55,499 nucleotides of DNA from Rubricoccaceae bacterium (GTDB lineage Bacteria > Bacteroidota > Rhodothermia > Rhodothermales > Rubricoccaceae): NCBI GenBank assembly GCA_024639085.1, contig JAHEJB010000001.1, forward strand, positions 1 through 55,499. Direction: 5' to 3'. Positions 1 through 8,603 of the stretch are shown here, one piece after another. The notes under the pieces are model-generated. The model worked only from the letters and a program-made list of their open reading frames with translations. It made no database searches and was not told where the DNA came from. Every line of letters starts with the position of its first letter. Position 1 is the first letter of the stretch. A program made the position numbers and the translations under genes.

Positions 1-1
1 C

Positions 2-1891
2 GTCGCACCAGTACTTGGCCAGTCCGCCACGACAGACGCCGCCCTCGAGAGCCGCCCTACGGAAACGCTTCCGTCACAAGTAAACGCTCCCGCACTCGAC
101 GCCGTCGCGACCGACTCGCCAACAGACGAACAACTGGCCCGCCGCATAGCCCGCCTTTATGCACGCCAGGCCGAGCTTCTCGAAGCCGAAGCTTCTGGTA
201 ATCCTGCCGAATACGAGTCGATTTTGGACGATCTCGTAAGAGATGTTCAGTTGTTGTCAGAGCAGGAAGGGGTGATTCAAAACCCGCGTTTCCGTGAGGT
301 TTACAGTTCAATTCTGACAGAGCACGAGCAGTTCTACGGTGAGCCCGCGCTTGATAGGGGTGAGATTTTTCCATTCCTGGAACGCGCGTTCGCAGAAATG
401 CACGCTGTCGACGGCCCGTTGATTGAAGATGTTGATCTTCCAGACGTACCAGCAAGCAGCTACGCGACTGTTATCCCTATGGACATCAATCGCCTGGTGG
501 AGAACAGCCTGAACTACATGAGACGCTCGCCGAGCCACGTTACGCGGCTCCAAACACGTGCGGACACTTACTTCCCGATGGTGGAGCGCATCCTGGCAGA
601 AGAAGGTGTGCCGGATGAGCTCAAGTATCTGGCTATGGTTGAGAGTGCGCTGAATCCGCGAGCTTATAGCCATGCTGGCGCTGCAGGCATGTGGCAGTTC
701 ATTCCAGCAACGGGCCGTGCTTATGGTCTGCGTGTTACACGAGAAGTGGATGACAGGCTTAATCCAGAGAAGGCTACGCGTGCGGCCGCTCAGCATCTGC
801 GTGACCTCTATGAACGGTTTGGTGATTGGCATCTGGCGCTCGCTGGATACAATTGTAACCCGGCAGTTATCGCACGTGCTGCTCGTCGTGTACAGGACAG
901 AACGGGCCGTCGTGCGACGTTCTGGGACATCTACAACAACATTCCACGAGAGACGCGCAATTATGTGCCGATGTTCATTGCAACGGCACTCGTGGTGTCC
1001 AACCCGACGGCGTACGATCTCCCAATAGGAGAGCCTGGCAGTCGGTATGTGTACGACCAGATTCCGGTTGAAGGAGGTACGTCGCTGAGCGCTATTGCTC
1101 GAGTTCTCGAGATCGATGTAGAGGCTATCCGGGCATTGAATCCTTCCATCCGCCAGAGCCGCGTGCCTACGCAGCGCGACCCGTGGATGCTGCGCATACC
1201 ATCGGGATACCAGGGCATGCATGGCGATGACCTCGCCCAGTTCGCTCCGGCATCTGCCAGAAATAGTGCGCTGTTTGCGGCCAGTACCGTTCACTATGGT
1301 TCACGTTCTATCCGACCAGTTGCTCCGAATGAGGCAAACTCGTCTACGACCCTACGCAATCCGACGTCTACAGACCTTGCTGCTGCTAACCGCACAGGTC
1401 GTGGACGTTCCACATCGTCTGAGTCGTCAACGCCGCGTGAAACACCACCAGTTCGCACGGTGGCAGATGTGGCGCGTACGAATACTCCTGTTCGGGAAGC
1501 GTCGACCAGCGACACGCCAGCAGAGCCCGCTCCACCGCGCAATCAGAATCACCGCGTGCAACGTGGAGAAACACTGACAGGTATTGCTCAGCGCTACGGT
1601 GTAACGGTCAACCAGATCGTGAACGAGAACAGCCTTCGCAGCACTACCATTCGTGTTGGCCAAAGGTTGCGTATCAACGCCGATGCATCTCGGGCACGCA
1701 GTACGGCTACGTCTCGTAGCAGTGGTCCGCGTACTGTTCGGCATACAGTTCGCCGTGGTGAAAACCTAACCGGTATTGGTCGGCGCTACGGTGTAACGGT
1801 TCGCCAGATTATGAACTGGAACAGCCTTCGGAGCACGACTATCCGGCCCGGTCAACGCCTTCGGATAGTGACCCGCAGAAACGTAGGCTGA
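2..1891 (+). CDS. mltD: MltD-like membrane-bound lytic murein transglycosylase (SLT/GH23 domain + two C-terminal LysM domains), 5'-partial
   Basis: The frame is open from nt 2, with no stop upstream of the track's TTG at 224, so the gene runs off the window. SLT signature 'ELKYLAMVESALNPRAYSHAGAAGMWQFIPATG...LALAGYNCNP'. Two LysM repeats, 'RGETLTGIAQRYGVTVNQIVNENSL..GQRLRI' and 'RGENLTGIGRRYGVTVRQIMNWNSL..GQRLRI', follow an S/T/P/R-rich linker. Confidence 0.9.
   Translation, partial: VAPVLGQSATTDAALESRPTETLPSQVNAPALDAVATDSPTDEQLARRIARLYARQAELLEAEASGNPAEYESILDDLVRDVQLLSEQEGVIQNPRFREVYSSILTEHEQFYGEPALDRGEIFPFLERAFAEMHAVDGPLIEDVDLPDVPASSYATVIPMDINRLVENSLNYMRRSPSHVTRLQTRADTYFPMVERILAEEGVPDELKYLAMVESALNPRAYSHAGAAGMWQFIPATGRAYGLRVTREVDDRLNPEKATRAAAQHLRDLYERFGDWHLALAGYNCNPAVIARAARRVQDRTGRRATFWDIYNNIPRETRNYVPMFIATALVVSNPTAYDLPIGEPGSRYVYDQIPVEGGTSLSAIARVLEIDVEAIRALNPSIRQSRVPTQRDPWMLRIPSGYQGMHGDDLAQFAPASARNSALFAASTVHYGSRSIRPVAPNEANSSTTLRNPTSTDLAAANRTGRGRSTSSESSTPRETPPVRTVADVARTNTPVREASTSDTPAEPAPPRNQNHRVQRGETLTGIAQRYGVTVNQIVNENSLRSTTIRVGQRLRINADASRARSTATSRSSGPRTVRHTVRRGENLTGIGRRYGVTVRQIMNWNSLRSTTIRPGQRLRIVTRRNVG
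1550..1867 (+). repeat. tandem duplication encoding the two LysM modules (1550-1675 and 1742-1867, period 192 nt)
   Basis: The two 126-nt segments are clearly alignable at DNA level, e.g. 'ggtattgctcagcgctacggtgtaacggtcaaccagatcgtgaac' versus 'ggtattggtcggcgctacggtgtaacggttcgccagattatgaac'. Confidence 0.8.
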
Positions 1892-1911
1892 CTCAGTCAA
1901 ATAGAGGTACG

Positions 1912-1946
1912 AAGGGGTGTAGCGGTATGCTGCGCCCCTTTTTTGT
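1912..1946 (+). terminator. rho-independent terminator after the mltD-like gene
   Basis: Stem AAGGGGTG (1912-1919) pairs with CGCCCCTT (1933-1940), with one G-U pair, and is followed by TTTTTT. Confidence 0.7.
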
Positions 1947-1959
1947 TTGGTCATGTTTC

Positions 1960-2820
1960 CTAGAGGACGATTGTCCGATCTTCGGTGGCCAGCAATGTAT
2001 TCGGAAAGATCTGCTGCGCCGCATTAAGTATCTCGCCGAGTTGTATATCGTCGTGCCCTGGGTCGTGATGGAAGAGCGCTAGTTGTTTCACGTTGGCTTG
2101 TGCGGCCACCCGAGCCGCGCGCTCCCACGTTGTGTGACCCCATCCGATGCGCTTGGAATACTCTTCGGGTGTGTATTGTGCGTCACAAATAAGTAGATCG
2201 GCGTCGGATGCATTTTCGATGAGGCGCTCATCGTATTTCTGAATACCGTGCTCGTAGTCGGTACAGTAAATAACAGAGTTGCCGCCCGCCTCTACTTTGT
2301 ATCCGAATACAAATTGCGTGTGATGGACGGGGAAAGGAGTGACGGTGAGCTTCCCAACCTGAACAGGCTCGTCGTCCTTCAGGACAATCTGTTTTGTTTT
2401 CGCCGCCAGGTTATTGAACGAGATTGGAAAAAAGGGCACGGACATCTGTTCATTGAGCAGATCGAAGGGGGCGCCTTCCAAGTCCGACCCATAGAAGGTC
2501 ACACTATTCCTTTCATGGAAAAGCGGCGCGAAGAAAGGAATGGCTTGTATGTGATCCCAATGGAAATGAGATAGAAAAACGTGTAGATCTAACGGCTCTT
2601 GTTTGGATTGCGTAACAAGTTGGTGACCCAGCTCATGAGCTCCCGTCCCCATATCCAAGATGCACGAGGATCCACTTGAATGCTGAACTTCCACGCAGGC
2701 TGTGTTGCCTCCCGTCCCCAAATGTGAGGCAGTTGGCGTTGGAATTGAGCCACGAACGCCCCAGAAGCGAACGTTTATGCATTCCAAATTGCCACTAGCG
2801 CTTGGGGAGACGTCGGCCAT
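1960..2820 (-). CDS. MBL-fold metallo-hydrolase (candidate cyclic-nucleotide phosphodiesterase-like)
   Basis: 'RFWGVRGSIPTP' N-terminus and HxHxDH motif 'FLSHFHWDHIQAIPFF', later 'LFHHDPGHDD'. I place the start at ATG 2820 (MADVSPS...), 2 nt after the stop of the upstream AI-2E gene. The track's 2994 start would overlap that gene by 170 nt. Confidence 0.85.
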   Translation of the reverse strand: MADVSPSASGNLECINVRFWGVRGSIPTPTASHLGTGGNTACVEVQHSSGSSCILDMGTGAHELGHQLVTQSKQEPLDLHVFLSHFHWDHIQAIPFFAPLFHERNSVTFYGSDLEGAPFDLLNEQMSVPFFPISFNNLAAKTKQIVLKDDEPVQVGKLTVTPFPVHHTQFVFGYKVEAGGNSVIYCTDYEHGIQKYDERLIENASDADLLICDAQYTPEEYSKRIGWGHTTWERAARVAAQANVKQLALFHHDPGHDDIQLGEILNAAQQIFPNTLLATEDRTIVL

Positions 2821-2822
2821 AG

Positions 2823-3854
2823 CTAGAGGCGAAAGCGACGAAGTGTGATGGCTGTCTCCACAAGTATCACCTTTGCCACAGCTACCGTAGGAACGGCCAG
2901 AGCCATCCCGACCACACCAGCCAACCGACCTCCTAATAGAATGGCGAGGAGAACGGAAACCGGATGCAGTGACACGTTGCGGGCCGTTATCCACGGCTGG
3001 AGTATCACATTCTCGAGCGTCTGCACCAGGACGAAGACGATAACGATTCCAAGGATTTGGCCCATACCGCCCGTGGAAAGGACAGAAATGGCCAAAGTCA
3101 ATCCCGCGGATATAAGGAAACCTACGTATGGGATAAAGTTGGCGATACCCGTAAAAATGCCAAGCATCACGTAGTAATTGACTCCAACTAAACCAAGTCC
3201 GATGATTGTGGCGATGCCAACGAGCAATGCGACAAGTGATTGTCCCCGGAGATAACTCCCGAGCTGTGCATCAATCTTGTAGATCACGCCCATTGTGAAT
3301 TCGAAATAGCGATTCGGTACCAGCGAAACCAGCTTCTTCATTAACCTCGTTCCGTCACGCAGAAGGAAGAACAACACAAATGGAATAACCACGAGGTTGC
3401 CAATCATTGAAAGGGCGCCGGTTGCATTGCTCAGCAAATGTCTCTCCTGTGTCTCAATGGCTCGACGTGCCGATTCAGAAAGGCCGAGCGAGCCGGGTTC
3501 GACGAGAGGGAGAAGTTCCGCTAAGTCCGCCTCCAGGCGATCTATCAGAGCGAATAGACGTCCATCCCCTAATTCCCCCTGCCAACCAACGGCTTGTTCG
3601 GCGATGATTGGGACCAGCAGCCATCCAAGCACCACCACGAGCAACGACAAGCTGAAAAATATTACGGTAGCAGCTGTCGTTCGTCTCATGCCCCTCCGCT
3701 CGAGTCCGTTAACGAGTGGATTTAGGAGGTAGGCGATTATGGCCGCGACAAGAAAGAGAATCAGGAGGTCGTGGCCATAGACCACCAGCACCCCGATAGC
3801 TCCAAAAGCAGCAAGCCAAAGAGCGCCTCTAAACCATGGATTCCGCGTCGTCAT
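2823..3854 (-). CDS. AI-2E family transporter (PerM/UPF0118 permease)
   Basis: 343 aa polytopic membrane protein with the typical AI-2E layout. N-terminal TM pair, a soluble loop, then a C-terminal TM bundle 'FIPYVGFLISAG...LQPWITARNVSLHPVSVLLAILLGG'. Confidence 0.85.
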   Translation of the reverse strand: MTTRNPWFRGALWLAAFGAIGVLVVYGHDLLILFLVAAIIAYLLNPLVNGLERRGMRRTTAATVIFFSLSLLVVVLGWLLVPIIAEQAVGWQGELGDGRLFALIDRLEADLAELLPLVEPGSLGLSESARRAIETQERHLLSNATGALSMIGNLVVIPFVLFFLLRDGTRLMKKLVSLVPNRYFEFTMGVIYKIDAQLGSYLRGQSLVALLVGIATIIGLGLVGVNYYVMLGIFTGIANFIPYVGFLISAGLTLAISVLSTGGMGQILGIVIVFVLVQTLENVILQPWITARNVSLHPVSVLLAILLGGRLAGVVGMALAVPTVAVAKVILVETAITLRRFRL

Positions 3855-4404
3855 CTAGGATGGGATGGTCCGGCGGAGGGGATTCTACTTCAGATGCGAC
3901 GGGTTGGGCTTGAAGTCGTTCGTACGCTTTGCGCATAGATTCCAGCTCGTCGCTTACTTCCACAAGGCGTATCCCAACCAACCTGGCAAGCGACAAGAGA
4001 ATCTTGACGCCAAGGCGTGGATTGCGATCCAGAAGGCCTAACAGGTCGGGTTGGAATAGACTGAGTAACATGCAGTCGGATTTCGCCCGCGCCGTGGCGG
4101 AGCGAATGACTTCGTTGAGCAGCGCGATTTCGCCAAAGAAATCACCGTCATTAAGCTCGACGAGTTCACGCCCCGCGGGTTCAGATTGAATTGAGACGAC
4201 GCCTTTCGCAATGATGTACATCCCGAGGCCAGGCTCGCCCTGTGTGAAGATGGACTCGCCCGCCACATATTCGCGACGATGGAGAATGCGTCGAAGTATG
4301 GCAATGTCGCGGCGACTGAGGTCATCGAACAACGGGATATTGCGGAGAACATCCTCCTCATCTTCTCCGGTCCCGCCCAAAACGTTTTTCCAGAGGCTAT
4401 TCAT
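3829..4404 (-). CDS. stand-alone cyclic nucleotide-binding (CAP_ED) domain protein
   Basis: 'IPLFDDLSRRDIAILRRIL..REYVAGESIFTQGEPGLGMYIIAKG' and phosphate-binding cassette 'GDFFGEIALLNEVIRSATARA'. No HTH or other output domain. ATG at 4404 (a GTG lies at 4410). The 3' end overlaps the AI-2E start by 26 nt. Confidence 0.88.
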   Translation of the reverse strand: MNSLWKNVLGGTGEDEEDVLRNIPLFDDLSRRDIAILRRILHRREYVAGESIFTQGEPGLGMYIIAKGVVSIQSEPAGRELVELNDGDFFGEIALLNEVIRSATARAKSDCMLLSLFQPDLLGLLDRNPRLGVKILLSLARLVGIRLVEVSDELESMRKAYERLQAQPVASEVESPPPDHPILDDDAESMV

Positions 4405-4599
4405 AGACACGGTTAGTTGAGGGCCTCAAGGCCATAATTCGCGACAAAGAGGGATAACTTCAAGGTACGGTCCAGCATTAAGAATTGCATGAATGCGAGC
4501 CGTGCAGCACGATCTACTGCAGCGAAACAGTTTCTGTATTGACCGATCGAACACACGGCTGTACTCTGCCGTACTCCACATGCCATTACGCTTCCCTCT

Positions 4600-5382
4600 A
4601 TGACAAACCACCGTGTTTTTCTTGCCCTGACCTTATTTGTAGGTATCGGCATCGTTCTAGCTTCGTGCGACACAGCAACTCCAGCTCAACGCCCTACGGA
4701 GGTGACGATCAACGGAGTCACTTACGCCGTCATTGGGCAAGCTGATCTCGAGCAGACGAGCGATGGCCTAGTTGTGGGCAACATTGGTTCTTCAGGAAAC
4801 GATGGCGTGCGCGTCACCCCAGAGTTACCTATTGAAGTAGCGGACATCCGCACGATGCCCGTCGAACTTCCCGATAACGGTAGGTGGGGGATGCAGGTAT
4901 TCGGTGAAACATCCAGTGGTAGGACGGCACTTGCGACCGTCTGGAATCAAGCGATAAATGGAGCAGAACACGACATTGTGTTCGACTTCGCCTCGGAAAT
5001 GAACGTCTCCCGGATGATCCTTGAGTACTACCTGGGCGGCGAGTTGCAGTATTCAGTAGAGGTGCCTTCCGGCGGGGCTGGGAACCGTATAGCAAATGCC
5101 GGTCGAGGAACTAGCGGGCCTACATCCGTACACGTGCTCTGCGTAAATGGGGAACTCATTGTCGCGACCGATTACAACGGCGATGCTCCTTTGCAGGGCT
5201 GCTCCGGTGAACTTCTGTCAAACGTACCAGATGCTCCGGGACCAATCTGCGCAGACTTTATACAGGCGCGGCCGGTTACAGAAATTGCCTTTCCAGATGC
5301 CACGAGCCTGGAAGTAACAGCGAGAACGGTCCCGCAATTCACGATAACAGACGGTTTTGTGGGGCATTCCCCCAACCTATAG
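4600..5382 (+). CDS. hypothetical lipoprotein
   Basis: Signal peptide with lipobox 'GIVLASC'. No domain recognised by eye. Confidence 0.6.
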   Translation: MTNHRVFLALTLFVGIGIVLASCDTATPAQRPTEVTINGVTYAVIGQADLEQTSDGLVVGNIGSSGNDGVRVTPELPIEVADIRTMPVELPDNGRWGMQVFGETSSGRTALATVWNQAINGAEHDIVFDFASEMNVSRMILEYYLGGELQYSVEVPSGGAGNRIANAGRGTSGPTSVHVLCVNGELIVATDYNGDAPLQGCSGELLSNVPDAPGPICADFIQARPVTEIAFPDATSLEVTARTVPQFTITDGFVGHSPNL

Positions 5383-5520
5383 GCCACATTACGTGACATT
5401 TACATAGGGACCCGTGCGATTCGTGACACGCCTGTGCAAGTGGTGAGTTAAAGCGCGTACGCTATTGATTTCGTCGCGATCATAGGTTCAATCGCTTTTC
5501 TCAACAGCAAGTGGATCACG

Positions 5521-5949
5521 ATGAATTACATCACTAGTAAGACCACGCGTTCAGCGTTCGCGCTCTCTGCCGGAACGCTGATGATTTTTCTTACAACTTC
5601 CAGTTCCTTTGCCCAGCCTGCAGGCCGGATGCAAATGGATCCAGGTGAACGCGTTGAGCAGATGCTTGTGGCAATTGACGAGCACGTCGATATCACGGAT
5701 GAGCAGGCAGATCAGCTGCGTCCCATTCTCCTCGAAGAAGGCGAACGTCGACGTGAAGTGTCTGAGCAACTCGGACGTTCGAACCGGGAAGCGGTGCGGG
5801 CAGCTATGGACGCGATACGTGCAGAGACCAATCAACGAGTACGTGAAATCCTTACCGAAGAACAGATGACCAAGTATGTGGAGTGGCAGCAATCTCGTTC
5901 TCGGGGACCACGCCAGGGGCGACGCCCAGGTGGGCGCGGTGGCCAGTAA
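5521..5949 (+). CDS. periplasmic Spy/CpxP-like (LTXXQ motif) protein with Gly/Arg-rich tail
   Basis: Signal peptide '...SSSFAQP', two LTXXQ-type motifs ('ITDEQADQL', 'LTEEQMTKY') and helical charged composition. C-terminus is 'SRSRGPRQGRRPGGRGGQ'. Confidence 0.65.
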   Translation: MNYITSKTTRSAFALSAGTLMIFLTTSSSFAQPAGRMQMDPGERVEQMLVAIDEHVDITDEQADQLRPILLEEGERRREVSEQLGRSNREAVRAAMDAIRAETNQRVREILTEEQMTKYVEWQQSRSRGPRQGRRPGGRGGQ

Positions 5950-5986
5950 TGTATGGTCTTCATTCGTTCTATTCCGATTCAAAAAA

Positions 5987-8593
5987 ATGACCAGAATGAC
6001 TTCGGCTGCTATCCCCCTACGCTACGCCGCGTTTTCTCTTCTTATCGGCGGCTTGCTGTGTTCCAGAGTAGAGGCACAGGAATCTAGCGTGCCGACAATC
6101 TCTGGCTACGTGGTTGATGGAAATACCGGAAATGGTCTTCCCTCGGCCTCGGTCGCCATCTGGATGCTGCCACGCACTACCTCAGGAGAAACGACGCTAG
6201 CTACGGGCGCAATTACACGTGCCGATGGTCGGTTCGAAATTTCTGGCCTGCGTGCGGGCAGTTATCGTGTTGTTGCAAGCTTCGTTGGCTACGTCTCCGA
6301 ATCAATAGAAACCGTTGAGCTCGTACGAGGTGCCCCAAATGCAGATGTTGGTACCATTACTCTCAACGAGGATGTCGCTCTACTCGAAGAAGTAGAGGTC
6401 GCGGCCGAACGCCAAGGTGTTGAATTTCAAATTGACAGGACCGTGTACAATGTGGCCGACGACCCGCTTGCACAGGTCGGAACTGTAACGACGATTCTTG
6501 AGCACATTCCTTCCGTTGATGTGGACATTGACGGAAACGTGAGCTTACGGGGCGTCTCAAACGTCGCCATTCTCATTAATGGCCGCGCGGCACCTGTGAG
6601 CGGCGATTTTCTAGCCGCCTACCTTCAGAGTCTACCGGCAAGCGCCATTGCGAGTGTCGAGGTTATCCCTAATCCGTCGGCCCGCTACGAGCCGGACGGA
6701 ATGGGAGGCATTCTGAACCTCGTCCTCAAAGAGGACGTGGAATTGGGAATTGGTGGCGCCCTTACAGCAGGTGGCGATTCGCAAGGGGGCGGAAGCGTTT
6801 CTGGGCTTTTGGCTTACAATCGAGGCCCAATCACGGTGACGTCCTCATACGGATTTCGGCGGAACGTGCGAGAGTCTGATGGCGGACGTTTTCGGATTAA
6901 CAGATATCTAGACCCTGAAACAAGTCTTGATCAGGACATTCTGGACATACGGACCAACACGTCTCATTTCGGCAGCATTACGGCCGACTACGCCATTTCC
7001 GACAATTCGCTTTTTACTATTGCTGGCCAAGCGGGCTATCGGGGAGAAGGTGAAGACGAGTCAACCACGTTTGTGGAATTGGACGCAACGGACAATCCGA
7101 CACTCAGCTACGAAAGATTGGGCGATGCATCCGGGTCCGGCTGGAACGGTGATGTCAGACTCGGATTCCGGCAGGATTTCGGGACCCCTAGCCAGGGCGA
7201 AGCGCCTTCCGAAGATGGAGGCGGCTTTCGCGGGCGACGTGGAGGACACGGCCGTGGTGGGCGCGGAGGGCAGAGTGGTGGAGGCCCTCCAACAGGACTC
7301 GGAAGCCACACGCTTTCGGCCGAGGCGCGGTTTGACATCTCGTCTAACGCGGACGAAAACATCCTGACAGAGCAGCTACTCAACGATGCCGGAGATATCC
7401 TTGAATTGCAGCAAACGAGCGACGGCAGTGACCGCAGCGAAGGTTCTTTGCAGATTGACTATGTACGCCCGCTTCTGGAAATCGGAACGGAGACCCGAAT
7501 CGAGATCGGCTATCGTGGTGAAATCGAACGCCTGAGGAGTGATTTCTTTTCCGAGACGTTTGATGATTCGCTTGGCACATATGTCCCCGACAATGCGCTC
7601 AACAACGCGTTCGATTACGACCAGCAGATCCACGCGGCGTATCTACAGTTCGCCACGAAACTTGGAGCTTTGGGCGTTCAGCTCGGCCTGCGTGCAGAGA
7701 CGGCTACGACGACATTTACTCTTCAGAACACGAGCGAGGCTTTCGACAACAACTACACGAGCCTCTTTCCGAGTGTGTTCTTTGTGTACGAGGTAACAAC
7801 GAACACGGCGCTCCGGGCGAGTTACAGCCGACGCATCAACCGCCCACGCACATGGTACCTCAACCCGTTTCCAAGTGTCGATGACCCGCTGAACATCCGT
7901 CAGGGTAATCCTTTCCTTCGGCCTGAATATGTGGATGCTGTCGAACTAGGCTTCGTTCAATACGTGGGAATCGGATCGCTCCAACTCACGCCATATTATC
8001 GTCGAACAACCGATGTCATCCGCCGATTCCAGTTGTTGGGAGATGACGGAGTTACGACGAGTACGTTCGAAAATCTCGCGGAAAACGACTCTTACGGAGT
8101 AGAATTCGTGGCGTCGTTTCGCACGGGTATTGTCCGAGGTAGCGCGAGCATCGAGGGCTTTAAAACCGTAACCGACGGATCGAACGTAGATTCCGATCTC
8201 GAAAACAATTCGTTTGGGTGGGGCGGACGCCTCAACTCCACATTCTCCGTTCGAGAAGGAATGGACTTACAGGCAAGCGTGCGATATCGTGCACCTATGA
8301 ATACTGAGCAGGGCAGCACGGGAGCTCGGACCTTCGTGAACCTTGGCCTCCGACAACGTTTTTTGGACGATCGTGCCAGCTTATCCGTCCAGCTTCGAGA
8401 TCCATTCGATACAGGCCGCTTCGAATCCATATTTGACCAACCACGACTCTATCAGGAGTTCTCTCGCTCCTTCGGTGGAAGACAACTCGGCGTTTCACTC
8501 ACATATGCGTTCGGGCAACAGGACCGTCAGCGACGAAATAATGGACCAGAAGGTGGCGGCGAGGGGTTCGAAGACGTTGGCCTTGACGGCTAG
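5987..8593 (+). CDS. TonB-dependent-receptor-like outer membrane beta-barrel protein (CarboxypepD_reg + plug + OMP_b-brl_3-type barrel)
   Basis: Start moved to ATG 5987 (MTRMTSAAIPLRYAAFSLLIGGLLCSRVEAQE signal peptide). Carboxypeptidase-regulatory-like fold 'ISGYVVDGNTGNGLPSASV...GRFEISGLRAGSYRVVASFVGY'. Plug 'NVSLRGVSNVAILINGR', then a long beta-strand-rich barrel. Confidence 0.88.
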   Translation: MTRMTSAAIPLRYAAFSLLIGGLLCSRVEAQESSVPTISGYVVDGNTGNGLPSASVAIWMLPRTTSGETTLATGAITRADGRFEISGLRAGSYRVVASFVGYVSESIETVELVRGAPNADVGTITLNEDVALLEEVEVAAERQGVEFQIDRTVYNVADDPLAQVGTVTTILEHIPSVDVDIDGNVSLRGVSNVAILINGRAAPVSGDFLAAYLQSLPASAIASVEVIPNPSARYEPDGMGGILNLVLKEDVELGIGGALTAGGDSQGGGSVSGLLAYNRGPITVTSSYGFRRNVRESDGGRFRINRYLDPETSLDQDILDIRTNTSHFGSITADYAISDNSLFTIAGQAGYRGEGEDESTTFVELDATDNPTLSYERLGDASGSGWNGDVRLGFRQDFGTPSQGEAPSEDGGGFRGRRGGHGRGGRGGQSGGGPPTGLGSHTLSAEARFDISSNADENILTEQLLNDAGDILELQQTSDGSDRSEGSLQIDYVRPLLEIGTETRIEIGYRGEIERLRSDFFSETFDDSLGTYVPDNALNNAFDYDQQIHAAYLQFATKLGALGVQLGLRAETATTTFTLQNTSEAFDNNYTSLFPSVFFVYEVTTNTALRASYSRRINRPRTWYLNPFPSVDDPLNIRQGNPFLRPEYVDAVELGFVQYVGIGSLQLTPYYRRTTDVIRRFQLLGDDGVTTSTFENLAENDSYGVEFVASFRTGIVRGSASIEGFKTVTDGSNVDSDLENNSFGWGGRLNSTFSVREGMDLQASVRYRAPMNTEQGSTGARTFVNLGLRQRFLDDRASLSVQLRDPFDTGRFESIFDQPRLYQEFSRSFGGRQLGVSLTYAFGQQDRQRRNNGPEGGGEGFEDVGLDG

Positions 8594-8603
8594 CGGACAA
8601 CCC

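Noticed and set aside
308-1294. 328-aa minus-strand ORF antisense to the MltD-like gene
   Set aside because: The plus-strand frame carries unmistakable SLT motifs. The antisense product is Arg/Cys/His-rich with no motifs.
5876-5986. N-terminal extensions proposed by the ORF track, here and at 2821-2994, 12048-12101, 13486-13551, 22859-22915, 28540-28599, 28961-29137, 34187-34255, 36736-36855, 39312-39419, 40642-40701, 45902-45958, 53273-53326 and 53351-53497
   Set aside because: Each extension overlaps the neighbouring gene or precedes an obvious signal peptide or domain start that has its own ATG or GTG. I trimmed them to the internal start.
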